From NCBI GenBank assembly GCA_036172245.1, contig JAYWIR010000017.1:3472001-3536000 (forward strand): 64,000 bases of DNA, given 5' to 3'. The translations under genes were made by a program, and so were the position numbers. The notes under the pieces are model-generated. The model was not told where the DNA came from, made no database searches, and worked only from the letters and a program-made list of their open reading frames with translations. Below, in pieces: positions 1-13,479 of this stretch. How positions within the stretch are numbered: position 1 is the first letter of the stretch; every line of letters starts with the position of its first letter. This stretch comes from Raillietiella orientalis. Taxonomy: Eukaryota.

Positions 1-850
1 GAGAATTTTTACCAGCACTGGAGAGGAAGAGATCATCAGCCCAACCCCTTCCTCCTCTGTGGCAAGCAGAGGTTCTTTCCAGTCGACTGCAGCTCCAAGA
101 ACGGCTGTTCAGGAACAATCAAAGGGATTCTCACAATGAGGAGCAGTCGCAATTGGTACACATCCGGAGATGAAGCTTCGCAGTTCATCACAAAGACGAT
201 GGGCCCGCAGAGAGCCGATCGACGACCAGTACCCCTAAGAGTTCGTGACAGGAAGACATGACTAAGTGATCCTCCTCATCTGCTTGCATACACTCAGATG
301 TCAAAACACAGACGCTCAGCCTGGCCTCCAATGCCATGAAAAATGGAAGGGCTTGCTGGAAGCCGGGAAGCGGCAGGCAGAGGGAAGGAAAATAAAAGCA
401 AAATGAGCGGCCGCCTCCCAAACAGGCACGAAAAGCTTTCCAGGAAGAAGGAAGCTAAAGTGGAGGAGGAGGAGGAAAATAAGGGAGGCACTTTTTCCCT
501 CTGGAATCTGCCCAGAGAAAGCGAGCAATGAGTTTTGTTCAGGGGTGTCGCTTCCCGTTTTCGTCAGTGGGGCGCGAACAATGTCAGCAGAACAATGCCA
601 AGGGACGTCGCAATTGGGATGGTCGGATTCGATTCAAAACTCGGGCACGATTGCCATCAGTTTCTCACATCACAGATGTTTCATCTCAACCAAGGAAAGG
701 GAAAAACGCTTTCGTGCGTCCAAGAAACTCTGCCGCCATTCCAGCTGCTGAGGCACAAAGGATTTCTCTGTAACCATGGAATCTCTGAAATAGGGAACGT
801 GCCGCCAAAAATCAAGAGACGGAAAAAAACCAAGACAGACACTTCGGAGT
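1..850 (+). mobile_element. Decayed non-LTR retrotransposon fragment (ORF1 end / APE endonuclease start)
   Basis: TLSCVQET (~706-729) resembles the APE-endonuclease xxQET motif; preceded by a K/E-rich ORF1-tail-like stretch; frameshifted. Confidence 0.45.
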
Positions 851-949
851 GAGGAAAAAGACGATGATCATCATGATGATAGTCGTTTGGTTGTTGCTGC
901 AGCAGTTCGTGATGTGACTCGAGGATTCATCTCGTGTTTTACATCTTCT

Positions 950-1790
950 GCACATTCAGCCATCCATCTTTGGTTGGCTGTACTCGTGCAGACAGTAGGA
1001 TCAGTCAAGCCTCTAGTACAAGATCAGCTGTAAGCTCAATTAAGGCATTTTCCATTACATAGGAAAAGTGCCAAGTCACAATGCCTCCCTACACAAGCCG
1101 TGGTCCTTCCCTGATGTACTAAGCACTTCGAAGTCAGGGATTTCCATGCTTCCTTATGCTGCACCTTCAATTTTCAGGAAAGAAACATTATCACTTCGTG
1201 AAAGAAAGTTCACCTGGAGAAGCAGTGGTCTTTCATGTGTTTGCCAGAGAGGACTGCTAACAGAGAGGACTTCTTGATTTGGAAGATGCCAGACTGAGCG
1301 AAGAAATACAAGGATTCTCTGCAGTGTCCTCCTTTTCTTCGACCTGCCCCTTTTGATTCCTTCGGAAGAGGGTCGATTCATAACAGACTTTCAAGAGTGG
1401 TGACAACGACGTTGTCACCACTCTTGAAACAACTTGCCGCTACTCAACAACAGACTTCGACAACGATGTTGAGAAAGCTTCGGTTCTAACCCGGCACCAG
1501 CAGTGCTCGTTGTCGAGGCAGACCTGCTCGCCGAAATTTCTCGGCGTTGCGTAGGTCTGAAAGTAGGTAGTCCCTGGACACTCGACCATGTTGATCTATG
1601 TTCGTCGCTTTGAAGGACTTCCTGGAGGCGAGCAACTGTGGACTCCCTGGCACTGTTGGATCATCATCTTGCGTGAAGCTGGTTTTTCGTACGTTCTCGG
1701 GTACTCGAAGTACCTACCTGCTCCATAAGGAAGTCTCTGTGAATTTCATAGGAAAAAAAAGGCTTCGTGCTTACGCAGCATGCAATCGCC
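950..1790 (-). mobile_element. Possible decayed hAT transposase
   Basis: CLDNE / NRSFLNIVV resembles hAT 'LDEWTS.RNRRYLNINV'; downstream motifs weak. Confidence 0.3.
1389..1429. repeat. Perfect palindrome, 20-bp arms, 1-nt spacer
   Basis: tttcaagagtggtgacaacg-a-cgttgtcaccactcttgaaa. Confidence 0.97.
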
Positions 1791-2149
1791 GCCGCTAACC
1801 TTTCACCTCCGTCATTTCCAATGACATATTTATTTTATTTTTCATCCATTTGTTGATCATTCATGATGGTACTCTTTCATCACTTATCATGACTTCCCTT
1901 TTTCACCTGATGGGATTTCTCATGACGATGGCGGCTAGCTCAGCCATTTTTTCTGTCCATTCAAAAGATGTGTTCGAAACATGTAGGGGCAAAAGGGGAA
2001 AGGGACGGGGAATTGAGTCCCACCATAGAAACGAATAAAAATTATCTTAGTTTTAGTGATATTCGAACAATGTTAAAATGGGACCACGCCCTATCGATCG
2101 AGCATGGGAAGAATAAGTGGGAATGCCTGGATAGAGATTTCTTAGTTTT

Positions 2150-3140
2150 CAAATTGCGTCTTTTCCAACTCGTTGGATGACGTTATCTAAGTGGACGGTC
2201 CTTCCTGAAGTGACGGCAGGTTCACCACACATACTGTAGGTGACCATGGTTCCATAGGAATAACTGAGGTGGTTGAGCCACAAACGTTCGAGATGGAAAT
2301 TCACATCCTCCACAGATTCTCCAACAACCGGGTAACAATATGAATGCACCACGGGCTGGTGACCCGAATCAACATCCAGAAGCACCGGGAATAAAGAGCT
2401 TCCAGAATCGGAAACATGACTCAAAGTTGGAGGCAGATCCAGTGTTCCAGGGCGAAGGGAAAGTGGTCATACTAAATGCTGACTTGTCCATCAGTGGCAT
2501 TGGAGGAGACCACAAAAGGAGAGCAAGTACCAAAGAATTGCTCGCATTTCGCCTCTGAAGGGGTGTCCTCCATTGCAGGAACAATCGTTGCTGTATCCCT
2601 AGGGTATCTCGGCACCCGACGAAGTGCTGAGGTGATCCCTAAGAAGCGGGCAGAACTTGTCACAGAAGAAATGATGCTCTCCAACTTGCAGTCTTGCCAG
2701 GATGACGACTGGAAACATCGGGTGGATCACCTTCCATAGTGGAACTTTCCCCATCGCCTGCTTGGGTTTCCTCTCTTCGACTTATTTTGTTCACGGAATT
2801 TCAACGAACGCAAAGTGGCTACCGGCGAGGTTCTAAGCGACGCTCTGATCGCGTGAGGAACGTGGATTGGTGCAACGGGCAATCCAGAACATTCAAAAAG
2901 ATCACTGGGCGCAATACTGGAAGCATAAACGACTTCACTCCAGGCCCAAGGCAACTTGCTGTCCTTTCGAGTCCTCCCGCTTCCGGATCGAGGCACTCGG
3001 ATTCCGACTGGGCTTCTGAAATGGCTTTCTCTAGGTTCTCGGAGGAACTGTGGGTCGCACTGGCGAGCGAAGTCACGTGCTTAGGTACTGGCGCGAGAGG
3101 CACGGCGTGCGCAGGCGCACGCCTCGGCGAAGCGTTGGAC
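2150..3140 (-). mobile_element. Probable L1/Tx1 ORF1 relic
   Basis: VEDVNFHLERL..SYSYG..CGEPAVTSGRTVHL resembles the L1/Tx1 ORF1 RRM region. Confidence 0.4.
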
Positions 3141-3249
3141 TAAGCCAAGAAATTTATTGAAGCACAAAGACCTAGATGGTCATTTTATTCCATAAAATAA
3201 GCATAAATAAATTCTAATCCTTGCTTCTCATTGGTGGCTGCTGTCAGGT

Positions 3250-6200
3250 GACAAACGGTGAGATCGCGCGCATTTCGTCGGGAGAAAGAGATCTCCTGAG
3301 AAGGAGAGATGTGGGAGACACAAAATTTTTTTCCTTCCCCCTTCTTGTCTCTGAAAGTAAAAAAATGTTGGTAGCACTCTTCTGGTCCAGTTTGCCTACC
3401 CTCATTTTGTTTTTCAGTTTGTCGAGTGCACTTGAAGAGCGAACTCGCCGGAGCTTGTGGGATGCATTCCTCAGAGGTGCTGGAGGAGGAAATCTTCAAA
3501 GGAGCCCGCATTTGCATGAGATCTCGAAAAGCACGCACGATGAAGAAAATCGCTTTTCGATGTGTAAAACTCCCCAAAGGCATTTCGGAGGTCAAGAAGG
3601 GACCAGATGGGAAAACCTTGCGAAAATGCGAAACTTCCCGAAGTGCCAAAAAAAGAAGTGGAGGAGGAAGGGGCAAGCGGAAAAACAGAAGGTCTCAAAT
3701 GTTTCCGAAAACCGAAGAAATCGGAGCGCGGGGTTATCGGGTTCTGAGGTATCCCACAGTCTAGAAGTCGAAGGCATGAAGGCCAGCAAGCAGCTGAAGA
3801 AGGAGAGGAAGAAAGGAAAAAAGGAAATCGAAAGGTCTTTTGAGCATTTCCACTGCCTGCTCATCCTTCCCTTGTTCTCTCCCGCTGCGAAGACCGTTGT
3901 GCCTTCCATTCGCCGATGGATTGAAGTGGTCGTTGGGTCTGGGGCAAGGACCATTGCTCTGCTCCCTCACTCCAGCTCTGTGGACCTGCAGCAGGCTGAG
4001 AGTCGGACGCCAGCAGAGGAAGTGGCAGCTGTGCTGCGCCTTTTCTCGCCCCTGATGAAACCGGCTTCTTTTACCTGCAGCTTCCAGGATAGCCTTGTTG
4101 CGCCCTTGTCGGGACTCGCATGGTGGGCGAGAAATCAGCCACACCCCATGGTCTTGGACTACGTGGAAGTGGAAGAGGTCGAACCCGTACCGGAAGCGGC
4201 CTCAGACCGGAAAGAGCCAGTGGTCGACAGGTCGGAGACTGTTAAATTGGTGTAGAGAATCTTCTTTTATCTTCCCCAAGTATTCCCCAGTCTCTCTGAT
4301 AGAATAGGTGCATCTGTTAAGAGACTGTGCTCCTAAAGTCTTTTGCTGATGGCCGACAAGTTGCAGCAATGGAAACACGATGAAATCAGACATACGATGG
4401 TAGGGCCGATGGGAGAAACTCTTGAATCACGTTTCTGGTTTCCGGGATGGCGTCGCGCCTCTCACGAAGAGTCGAGGCAAGGCACCTTCTTCCTTCCGTT
4501 TGTTGCTGGTGATGGTTGGCATCGAACTATGAATGGAAGATAGCTTCCCGCTCGAGTCAGCTTCTGAAGACCTTGAGGTCATTTCGAAAGGAAGAGCATC
4601 GACTCTTGGTGAGACCCCTCCGTGGAATCCTCCCGGAAAAACTGGAGTTCCCTGCCAGCCTCGACAAACAGCTCCAAGACTTCCCCAGAGGTGGCAGCAC
4701 TCAGCAATGCTGCAGCTGCACTGAAGGGTCTTCCGTGCTGCGCGCTCCCGCGTCACAGCACAACGGGAGATGTGGCTCCCAGCTGTCTCACATGAGAGAA
4801 GGTGGAATCCTTCCCTCACGTGCTTGTGGACTGCGCTGCTCTCTAACTCTTCCACCTTCCCCGATGGCAAGCCCCTCCGTGAGCATCACAGCGCCTACTG
4901 CCGCATCGACCTCAACCCTTTTCTGCCTCGGAGGCACGCTTGAGACAGGAAGCGCGGCAGATGGAGCACAGTGAAAAAGGGAACGCCGTCACCATAACGA
5001 TGGCCTCCTTCTCAAGGAGGACGAGGAGATAGCGGACAGTCGAACTGAGAGGCCATGAGCATCTCTCTCCCACCATCCAGCTTCAAAATCGCACCTTGTT
5101 CCGGGCAGCGCTGCGGACGCAAAATGATGTTTGATACAAACCCACAGATCCGGTCTTCCTGTAACCCTTGCAGAGCAGTGACGACCACCTTCACCTTGCA
5201 TATGCTGCAGCGGTGACTTCTCCAATGCCTGCTTCCACGCTTGCGCGACTGCGGTGGTCGACCGGGTCCTGCGAGCAGCCTTTCCTGACCGACTTCCACC
5301 TAGGCAAACCCTCTTCTATGGAGCCATCGCCTTCGATCTCGCGCATACGCTGCACCGAAAATCCGGTAACGTTGCGGATGGCGCATCCGGGACGACGCCG
5401 ATAATCGCTCCGCCTTCGGATGATGGATGAAGAAGGCAGGAGCGCGCAGGTGTCAATCAGGATGACCTGGACTCCCGGAAGAAGCGAAAGCGGAAGGATC
5501 GGTTTCGCGAGCATTTCCTTTTCCGCGCAGAGAGGACCAAATTCTCCAACCTGGAGCACTTCTGGGACGCTCTGGAACCACCTCTTCCCCTTAGTCGAGG
5601 CTCCCCCCAGTGAAGAGACGAAGCAGATTCTCGCTCGTACAGAAGCCTGCTTTTTTCATTTCCACTTGCTCCGAGGGCTTTAAGGGCTGGGGTCTCCGTG
5701 AGCCCACATTCAGAGACGCCGTCCCATAAGATCGCTTGCTCCTCCATTGCAAGGCGAAGGGATTAAAAGATGCTCCGGGGCTGCCCTCGGGCTTCCCGAA
5801 TTCATCCTCTGGTGAAAGCTGTCGCCAGCACCGAGTCTTTTCCCCTAGTTGGACCCACCCTTCCTTTTTCATCCGCGGGAACCTCTCAGTGCCCATCATT
5901 TGCGAAGCGTGCGAATCCGCACCCAAAGGCCGGTCCGTGTTCCAATCTAGGCGTCGACTGGATACCGGCTGGATTCTCTTGCCTCGGGAACGCTCGACAT
6001 GGAGAGATCAGATCCGAGCGTCAGCAGACGGACTTCCCGAATCCGTAAAGAGATGCGGCGGCTCCCTCACCTCATGACGAAATCCAGGAGCGGAAACAGG
6101 AAGCGAGCAGGGGGAAGCATCTTTCCGATCCCCGGCACGGCGGCTGCTGAAGCGATCTCTCCGCAAAGGACGGCCTCGAAAGGACCCCGTACAAGTTCCC

Positions 6201-6420
6201 GATGCCGAAGGAAGGTTCTGAGGCAAAGTACCGTTGCGAAATGGCCCTCGCTCTACCGTGAGCTCACCGGCGGGAGGCACAGAAACTCGAACCTACCCAC
6301 TTCTCGAAGAGGAACGTTCGTGAGGAAGCTGCAAACTCCAAAGCGCTCCTACTCGCGAGTGCAGACACGGAGCGCATTCTCTTTGCCGTTCGAGGAACGG
6401 GCCAAATTATGACCTCCGGC
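3250..6420 (-). mobile_element. Decayed L1/Tx1 LINE, 5' half (ORF1, endonuclease, linker, RT start)
   Basis: Collinear remnants: ORF1 NVTGFSVQRM..CSICK (~5200-5380); EN LLSCET, MSDFIV (GDFN-like), PVDH; linker RSR..GREK..HF; RT start TSEPDN..F (KSPGPDG-like). Confidence 0.6.
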
Positions 6421-6549
6421 GCCTCAAAAGAAACAACAAGGCTCATAGGTTGCTTCCGGTTTTGTGGTTTCCTCTGCATCTTTTCGTTTACAGCGAGGCA
6501 TTCTGGGAGACTGCTCGTTTGAGACCTTCTTATCCCGGATTGCCGGGCC

Positions 6550-7620
6550 ATTTATTTAACATGAATGAATAAAATTCATGGTTCCGATCCTGAACCAAAG
6601 AGGCCCTTCTTCTTGCTGGGGGCAAAACCAAGGAAGAGCGGAAGGAAAGACAATGAATAGATAAATAGAGAGTGGTATAGATCGGCGTAAGGTTACGGGA
6701 CAAGATTTCCGATTCCCTGCTCCGAACAGGGAACTGGGGTGCTGCTGCCACTGATATCTGGTCAGTTTCCCACAATCGTCAGAAGGTTCCCTCGCATGCT
6801 GCACCTTAGGTTGGGCCATTTCGTTGCCCTTGGCGTGCAGGAGGTGGCGATTGCAAACGGCTCTCTAGAATGGTGGTCACACCCTTTTTCGAGATCGCCA
6901 TTCTTCGCCCGTGGCGGGAGATCGCCAGCGAGGAGGCAGTAAAAGCAGAGGTCCCTTCAAACCGGTGTCTACAGGACTGGAGCGCCTCCGCGATGATCTT
7001 CCGTCCCCGAATCAGCCTTCCGCATCCAAGAAGCATGTGGGCCAGGGTTTCCAACATCCCTCCGTGTCTGCACTCTTCCCTGCGAGGCGTGGAGACCTTC
7101 CTCATTTCGGGCGCAACCTGGCGTCCCAGGAGCACCGGATTTGGGCACGCGAGTGGGAGGCAACTCATCTTCCCGCGCAAGCAGTGAAAATGCAAGAGTC
7201 TAGGTGGCAGCAGCACCTCGAAGTTTTCAAGGGAAGTGGGGAATGCTCCAAGATTCCGCGTGCCATTCTTGCCCAGGGACCAAGCTCATTATCTCTTCAT
7301 CGTTCCAGTTTTAGTGCATATGCTGCCGAATCAGATACATACCCTATCTGGGACAAGACAAGAATCCTCTTCCCTTTTCATTTCGGACGTTTTCGTAATC
7401 CAAAAGGAGGGAAGATGGCAATTCGTGAGGTCGCTCTTGCTTCTCGGGAAACCCTCAGCTGTCGCGATCCAGAGGAGTGCATGGAAACAAACAAGCGGAG
7501 GAATCGACAAGCCACGGGCATAACCAGCACCAATCGCCCAATGCCCTGGACGATTCCAGGGAGAAGTTACTATTGCAGCTGCCTTCCGAGTAAGGGTCTC
7601 TCAAGGGTGCTTTCCTGGTG
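6550..7620 (-). mobile_element. L1/Tx1 LINE 3' end (ORF2 C-terminal zinc finger + 3' UTR)
   Basis: CRHGGMLETLAHMLLGC (~7020-7072) is a C-terminal CCHC-type motif; pyrimidine-rich 3' UTR ends near aataaa (~6551-6556). Confidence 0.7.
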
Positions 7621-7629
7621 AAGACCGGA

Positions 7630-8430
7630 GACTCGATAAAGAAAAGCAGGAAACATGCAAACGGGATGGATTTCTCTCACCATGGAAACCTGAAGGCGGT
7701 GCGAAACCAGTAGCTGCCATCGTGTTGTCGCTGCAGGCTTCTCAGCAGCTCTCTCAACTTTGGAGGAAGGCCCGCAGCTTTGGTGCAATAAAGCGAGAGA
7801 CAACCGGCAGTTTACAGAAACTTGGCGATTTCTGGGAGCAAAAAGAATGTGCCGATTCCATCCCGATGGAAATGGTTGCGGACATAAAGGAAGATTGAAT
7901 TTTCCCGTGAAGACGCGAACCTTCTGGGAAGATTTACTTTAGACTCACAAATCACTCTTCGACTCCAAAGATGAACGGAGAACCAGTTGCACCTATTTTT
8001 TATGAGGCTCGACTGAACAAGGAACATTGGAGAGCAGGGGTAAAGAGGGCTCAATGCGCGATATGCTTTTTGACCAAGGTCACTGATGATAAGCAAATCG
8101 TGGCGAACTTTCAGTTTCCGTGCTTTGACGAGGTGGCTGGTTTTCTCTTTGGTTTTGCGTGGAAGCAGAGACTATGCTCTCCCTCCATTCAGTATACCAT
8201 GAGAATGGAATCTCTCTTCCAAAAGGGCGCGTTCTGTTTTTACTCCGTCAAGGTGGTCAGCAGAGCACGACAGAGAAAATGGCTTGCATAGCAGCTTGCG
8301 AGGATTACGAAGATCGGCTCACCATTCCCTCTCGGCACTTCTTCATGAAAATGGGCTGCAGAGAAGTTCCAAGTTTCTTCGATGGTATCTAAGTGTCTAT
8401 CCATCTTCCTTGCAGATGATGCCCAAGGGT
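7630..8430 (+). mobile_element. P-element (THAP9-like) transposase relic, C-terminal part
   Basis: QTGW.., RSFG/CN..RQF (GGxNxNP..QF-like) and KVVSR..ACED; DNA similarity to 10330-10520 on the opposite strand. Confidence 0.5.
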
Positions 8431-8749
8431 CGCCATAGTGATGAGAGTGATAGCAACGATGCTTCAAACTGGTGTTCATCCGCCACACAAAATGGAAAAA
8501 CCATTGCGTCATCCAGATGTCACAAGAAGCACGATCCATTTCCTGATCAATCAAAGCAGCAGCCAGAGGGAATGGAAGGAACTGTAAAAGCAATAGCAGC
8601 AGTGGTTACAATTGCAGTGGCAGAAATTGCAGCGGTGGTCGCAGTCGAGGAACCAAAAGTAGCAAAGCTATGAAAGGTTTGTTTTCCAATACAGAGCATC
8701 ATCCAATGTAACTAAGGAATCTAAGGTGTCTTTGTAGGAGTTCTTTGAA

Positions 8750-9700
8750 GAGTTGTCATGCTGATCATGATCTAGTAGTCAAGTGTGTTTTAGAGGCTGT
8801 ATCATTTTGGTACACATGCTTGCAAGAGCAACAGCACTTCTTATCACACTCTGAAAACCGACGGCAGGGCCACGCGGCTGTTCCATGCAAGAGATGCAGA
8901 ATTACATGGAAGTCGTAAGCAGCTGTTTTCAATCTAATCGTCATCAATGCTGGTCTTTTGTGGGTTTCTTTACTTTGTCCATGGTTTCAACTGCAACCAT
9001 CCTTTCGTCCCAAGAGGTCGCAAGACGGAGAGCCAGAGGTGAGCATTCTTGGCGCAGTCTCGGTGAATTGCGAAAGCCGTCGGACTTCCCGTGTTCGTGA
9101 TGGCGATGAGAGGACATCGAAACGAATTGAACTCTTGAACAGGCGTAAATTCGGTTGAATGAGTCTTCCTCAAAAACCTGGGGTCCATTATTCTTTTTTT
9201 TCACGGTCGCTGAAGAACGCGAGCAAGGCGCAGATGTTACTGCAGTTCCTAGCAGTAATTCGTATCCATTGAAAGCTTTACTCCGTGTGACATGCCTGAG
9301 CGTCTGAGCATTTGAGCAGTTTCCATACCAAGGAGCGAAAGACTGGAGTATTGGGAATCTTTTTACATCCACGGGAATGTCAAAGATGTCTTCGTTCTGA
9401 AAGAGAAAATTGTGTGCGGGGCTTTGAAACTCTTAAACTCTCCACAGCGTGTTCTTTGACGTCTTGGTAAAGTAAGAACGTAAGGTTATCTACATTGGAC
9501 CACTCCGCCCTAGCTCTTAAATCCGTGATCTGAAAACAGACGAGTGAAAATTCTAGAGCATGTTGAGTGGATGCTTGTATATGCATCTGCGAACATTGGC
9601 CAAAAGTTTTCATCTGCATCCAAGAAGAGCCACGAACGTGAAGGCAGCTCCAAACATCCAAGTGCCTGCCCGTCCAAATCTAAACTGCAGAAAATCCGAC
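8750..9700 (-). mobile_element. Possible hAT transposase relic
   Basis: BED-like SNVDNL..KEH, then QECSPLALRL (R.S..LA.RR-like); heavily frameshifted. Confidence 0.35.
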
Positions 9701-10149
9701 AGAAAAAGGGATGATTCAGGAAACAAACAGCGGCATTTAATCAAGACAAACAGCGCGTAGTAGCAGCTTCCGCCTCTGCCTTTGATGCAAACGAACTGCT
9801 CGCTTCGCATGACTCCGGCTTGCAATTCGCCACCGTGAGGACAAATCAGTTTTCGTGGATGCGGATGCATCTGTCCTTGTATCCAGAAAGTAAAAAGTTG
9901 CTGAGCTATCCCAAACGACAAACAGCGGCCGTATGCGTACGGTCTCGCATGACGAAAGAAGCGAGCCTTTGAGGAAATTTCTTCTTCCGGGTGTATGATA
10001 AGGTCGCTAAAACTCAGGTACATTGGTAGCTAGAAAATGTCGCAATCCGTTAGCTGCTATGAGCAGCTAATTCTGCTGCACAAGGAGTTTGGATGTGGTT
10101 CCAAAGACAGGGTTCAGCGCGTCAGAGGTAGGGAATTGACTTGTTGGGA

Positions 10150-12600
10150 AAAATGCCCTGCTCGTGAAACTACCAAAGAGAGTCACAGCGGAAGCACCAC
10201 TGGACAGGTCTCCAAACTCGCGTTTTGCACTCTCGCAGCTGGTCACCATGTGGAAAATCCGGAAGCAGGAAGTCGCTGCGTGATGGATCGTAAAGCGACA
10301 ACGCACACGGCGATTCCTGTAACAGTTCTTGGTGACTCTCGGGAGTCATCTGTAAGGACGATGCATGGACATTTAGACACCACCGAAGGAACTTGGAACT
10401 TCTCTTCAGTCCATTTTCATGCAGAAGTTCCCAGAGGGAATGGTAAATCGATCTTTGCAATCCTCGCAAGTTGCCACGCAAAACGCTCTGCTGACCACCT
10501 TGGCAGAGTTAAAACTGAACTGCCAGCTGATGAGACGAAAACTCGCCACTGCTCCATGAGTGGCCACGTTTTAGCGTGCCGAGACTTTCCAATCTTTCGA
10601 TTGCTATGGATGGAACTGCTTCCTGCTAAAGTACAAAATTGCACCAGGCGGTCGAAGCTTGCTAATACCAGTGATTCCTGCTGGCAACATCCATACTTCA
10701 AACATGTTTCTTGCTTTAAAAAAAATAATATGGATTTTTGTATGTGTGTGTTTTTGAATCAAAAGCTCATCGGTTGAGGGACGTCAGTGGATTCTTTGCA
10801 AGAGTACAAGATCAGTAAGCTGATTCCTCGGTGCAGCCCTTGCCAAGTTTTGCCACTGTTGCATTCCATGATTACAAAATCTTCAAGCTTTTCAGCCTTC
10901 AATATCCTTGAGCACTAAAACACCTCCACTCGTAAATCCTACTTCTTTGGTGGTCCACTTGTTTCTTTGGGAACCAGAGGGACTGCTGCATCATGTTTCT
11001 GAGCTGGTATCAACAAACTTTCCATTTTCGAAACCCCACATTCTCCAGGACTGATGCTCAAAGATCTCTTCTGCGCATGCGCTAGCTGCGCCACTACATG
11101 CTACCGAACCGAAAGCTGAACCAAAAACGCACTCCTTCCAACACCTTCCAGATGGAATAGGAAGAAGCCCCAGTAGGTGTGCCTTTGGTACTTTTCACGT
11201 GGAAGACGCGCGTTTGGTTTGTGAACGGCAGGTCGTGTGTTTCCAGGAATAAAAAGGAAGCGAGGGAAGCTATGGAAATGACATTCATCTTTACGGCATT
11301 ACTTTTCAGAGGCGTGGCGTTCACAGAAAGGAACTGACTGTTTCCGTTTTTCTTGAAAGCACGAGATGTCACTCAAAACATCAACTCCATGATCCTCGTC
11401 TCTGTTTTCTCTCCGTACTATTTGATGCAGGAAATCCTTCCCCCTCTAAAGAGACCAACAAAGTGTGCGGACCAGCTTTGTGAGCATCCGAGAATGCTAG
11501 CTGCCTTTTCGGTCAGATTCGGGGTGCAGTGTGAGCACAGTAGTCCCACAAGACGTGCCGTGAGCAGTGCAGATCGAAGGAAGGAGGCTGAGTAGCTGAA
11601 GTTTGGTCATTTCATGCCCTCGAGATCGAAAACGTGACAGCAGACCTGGAAGGTTCGATCTTTTTTGCTTGCAGGAACGAGTTCTCCTGCGGAGAAGTCA
11701 CTCGCTTTTTCCTCGGTGGATTGAGGACCCAAATGCGAGCTTCAGCACCGGAGAAGCAAACGCAACCACGCTAAACTTTTCCTACGGTTCCAAAGTACCA
11801 GTTTGTAGCTGTGGATACCAAACCTGATCCTCCACTGCAGCTCGTATTTTTTGTCTTGCAGATTTAAACTCCCTCACAGGTAGCAATACCAATCTTTATC
11901 CCCTTCCATCGTTTCATCTCTTTGCTTTCTTAACACTGCAGATGCTGGAGATCGGAGGAAATCTTCATAACGCAGGAGTGCCCTCGGTGACTTAGGAATC
12001 GGACGGTTCCTTCAAATGGGCACTTTTCTTCTTTCTTCGGCAACTTTGCAGCTCCCTGAGAATTTCAGCTTCCAAGTTGGCGTCTGCTGAAGAAATATCT
12101 CTTGAAAGACAAGCGGCTCGTGTGCCCTTTCAATCTTTTGCGCAATTTCCTCTTTGTTAGCACGAACACTGCAACGCCAACGAATGCTCACAACTCGCGG
12201 GGTTCCTGCAAGCGTTATAGGTGCTGCAGCACGACACAGAACACCCTGATCAGAACGAAATTTGGAGCACGATGTTCCCTTGCCTGCCGCGAAAAACGAG
12301 GGGCGAAAATGGGACTGACCGAGTTGCAGTTCGTTTGGCGTGTCACACAGATTCCAGACAGATGTACATAAAGCGGATTCTAGCTGCGACACGCACGTAT
12401 TTCTAAAATGACCGCCACGGCCCTTCGTTGCACGAAAGCAACATCCGGAGAAACACCTCGTCTTGCGATAACAATAAAAACTTTTCATCATTCGATGCAA
12501 AGCGAAGACGTGGACATGTGACCTGTCCAGACACGCGAGTTGGAATTTAACGGTGAGACATGTACAAATGTGACAAGGGAAAAGCCCTGGTCAACTTGAA
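10150..12600 (-). mobile_element. Decayed P-element (THAP9-like) transposase, near full length
   Basis: Ordered motifs: THAP-like HVHVFALH (~12500), SPRA..YEDFLRS (~11950-11995), FSDAH/KLVRTL (D..HxLKLVRN-like, 11461-11497), KMNV (~11285), KVVSR..TCEDCKDR (~10450-10505). Confidence 0.6.
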
Positions 12601-12699
12601 CTGTTCAGCTCTCCTGGCAGTTTAGAGTGCGAGATCCGTGATGTATATCGGCTTCATCTGAATACGGTCACTGGCCATCTGCAGGTCGGGTCGGATCAT

Positions 12700-13400
12700 G
12701 TCCATGCTTCCGATCTTATCCTTTCTTGAGAGGGAAGTTCTGAGAGCAGCAGCGAACGCTGAGGTAGGAAGATCTCGCAGCCGGTGGGTCTAGTAAATAC
12801 CTGGCCTATGTTACCTGGAGGTAGCACAGGACGACCACGCAACCTGGAAATTCCTTGATTCTTCCACAGATCTTCATTTACCTTGAGATCCCAAAACAAT
12901 GACAAAATCTTTCACAGAGGTTAAGCGAGGAGAGCAGCCTCGTGACGCCTTCTCTCCTCTTCCTCACGTGACCCTGTGTTTTTGCACTCGCGGAGGGGAA
13001 CGATGCCTTTTCCTTTGAAGGCACGAAATCCGGTTTTGGTGGTTGATCCACAATGGAGAGAGTCCGGTTCCCGACCACAGCTCCCAATCGAGAGGCTGTT
13101 GCCACCTCCTTCACCCCAAAGCGTCATGCCTTCTGGTGCGAAAAGGAGGATGCTCCATGCAATGATGTGAAATATGTGGCAGGGTGTCCTCCCTCCTGGC
13201 ATGTCAAGGCGGGCTGCGTGTACCAATCTGAAAGCCAAAAGCCTCTAGTATTCTCCGGTACGGAGCGAATGAGTCGCTCACCCGCTTGGCGCAACGCGTG
13301 CCTTGTCTTCCACCCTGGTTCGGGAGAGCCATGCAGCATTGCATCGAGCAGCACCGACCTTCTCAACCTGCATTGCCAGAGACACGTTTCTGAAATAAAA
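12700..13400 (-). mobile_element. L1-type endonuclease/linker fragment
   Basis: AFRLVH..PATYFTSLHGASS resembles APE 'DAWR..HP..TY...SRLD'. Confidence 0.4.
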
Positions 13401-13479
13401 CTGCAGCAAGAAGGAAACGGAAAAGAAGGAACCGACATCGGCTGGCCTAATGGATGAGATGGTCCATGACTCACTGGGA

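Noticed and set aside
3221..4255. 344-aa plus-strand ORF
   Set aside because: Antisense to the decayed L1 ORF2; no domain features
8588..8650. AIAAVVTIAVAEIAAVVAV hydrophobic segment
   Set aside because: Degenerate GCA/GTG simple repeat, not evidence of a membrane protein
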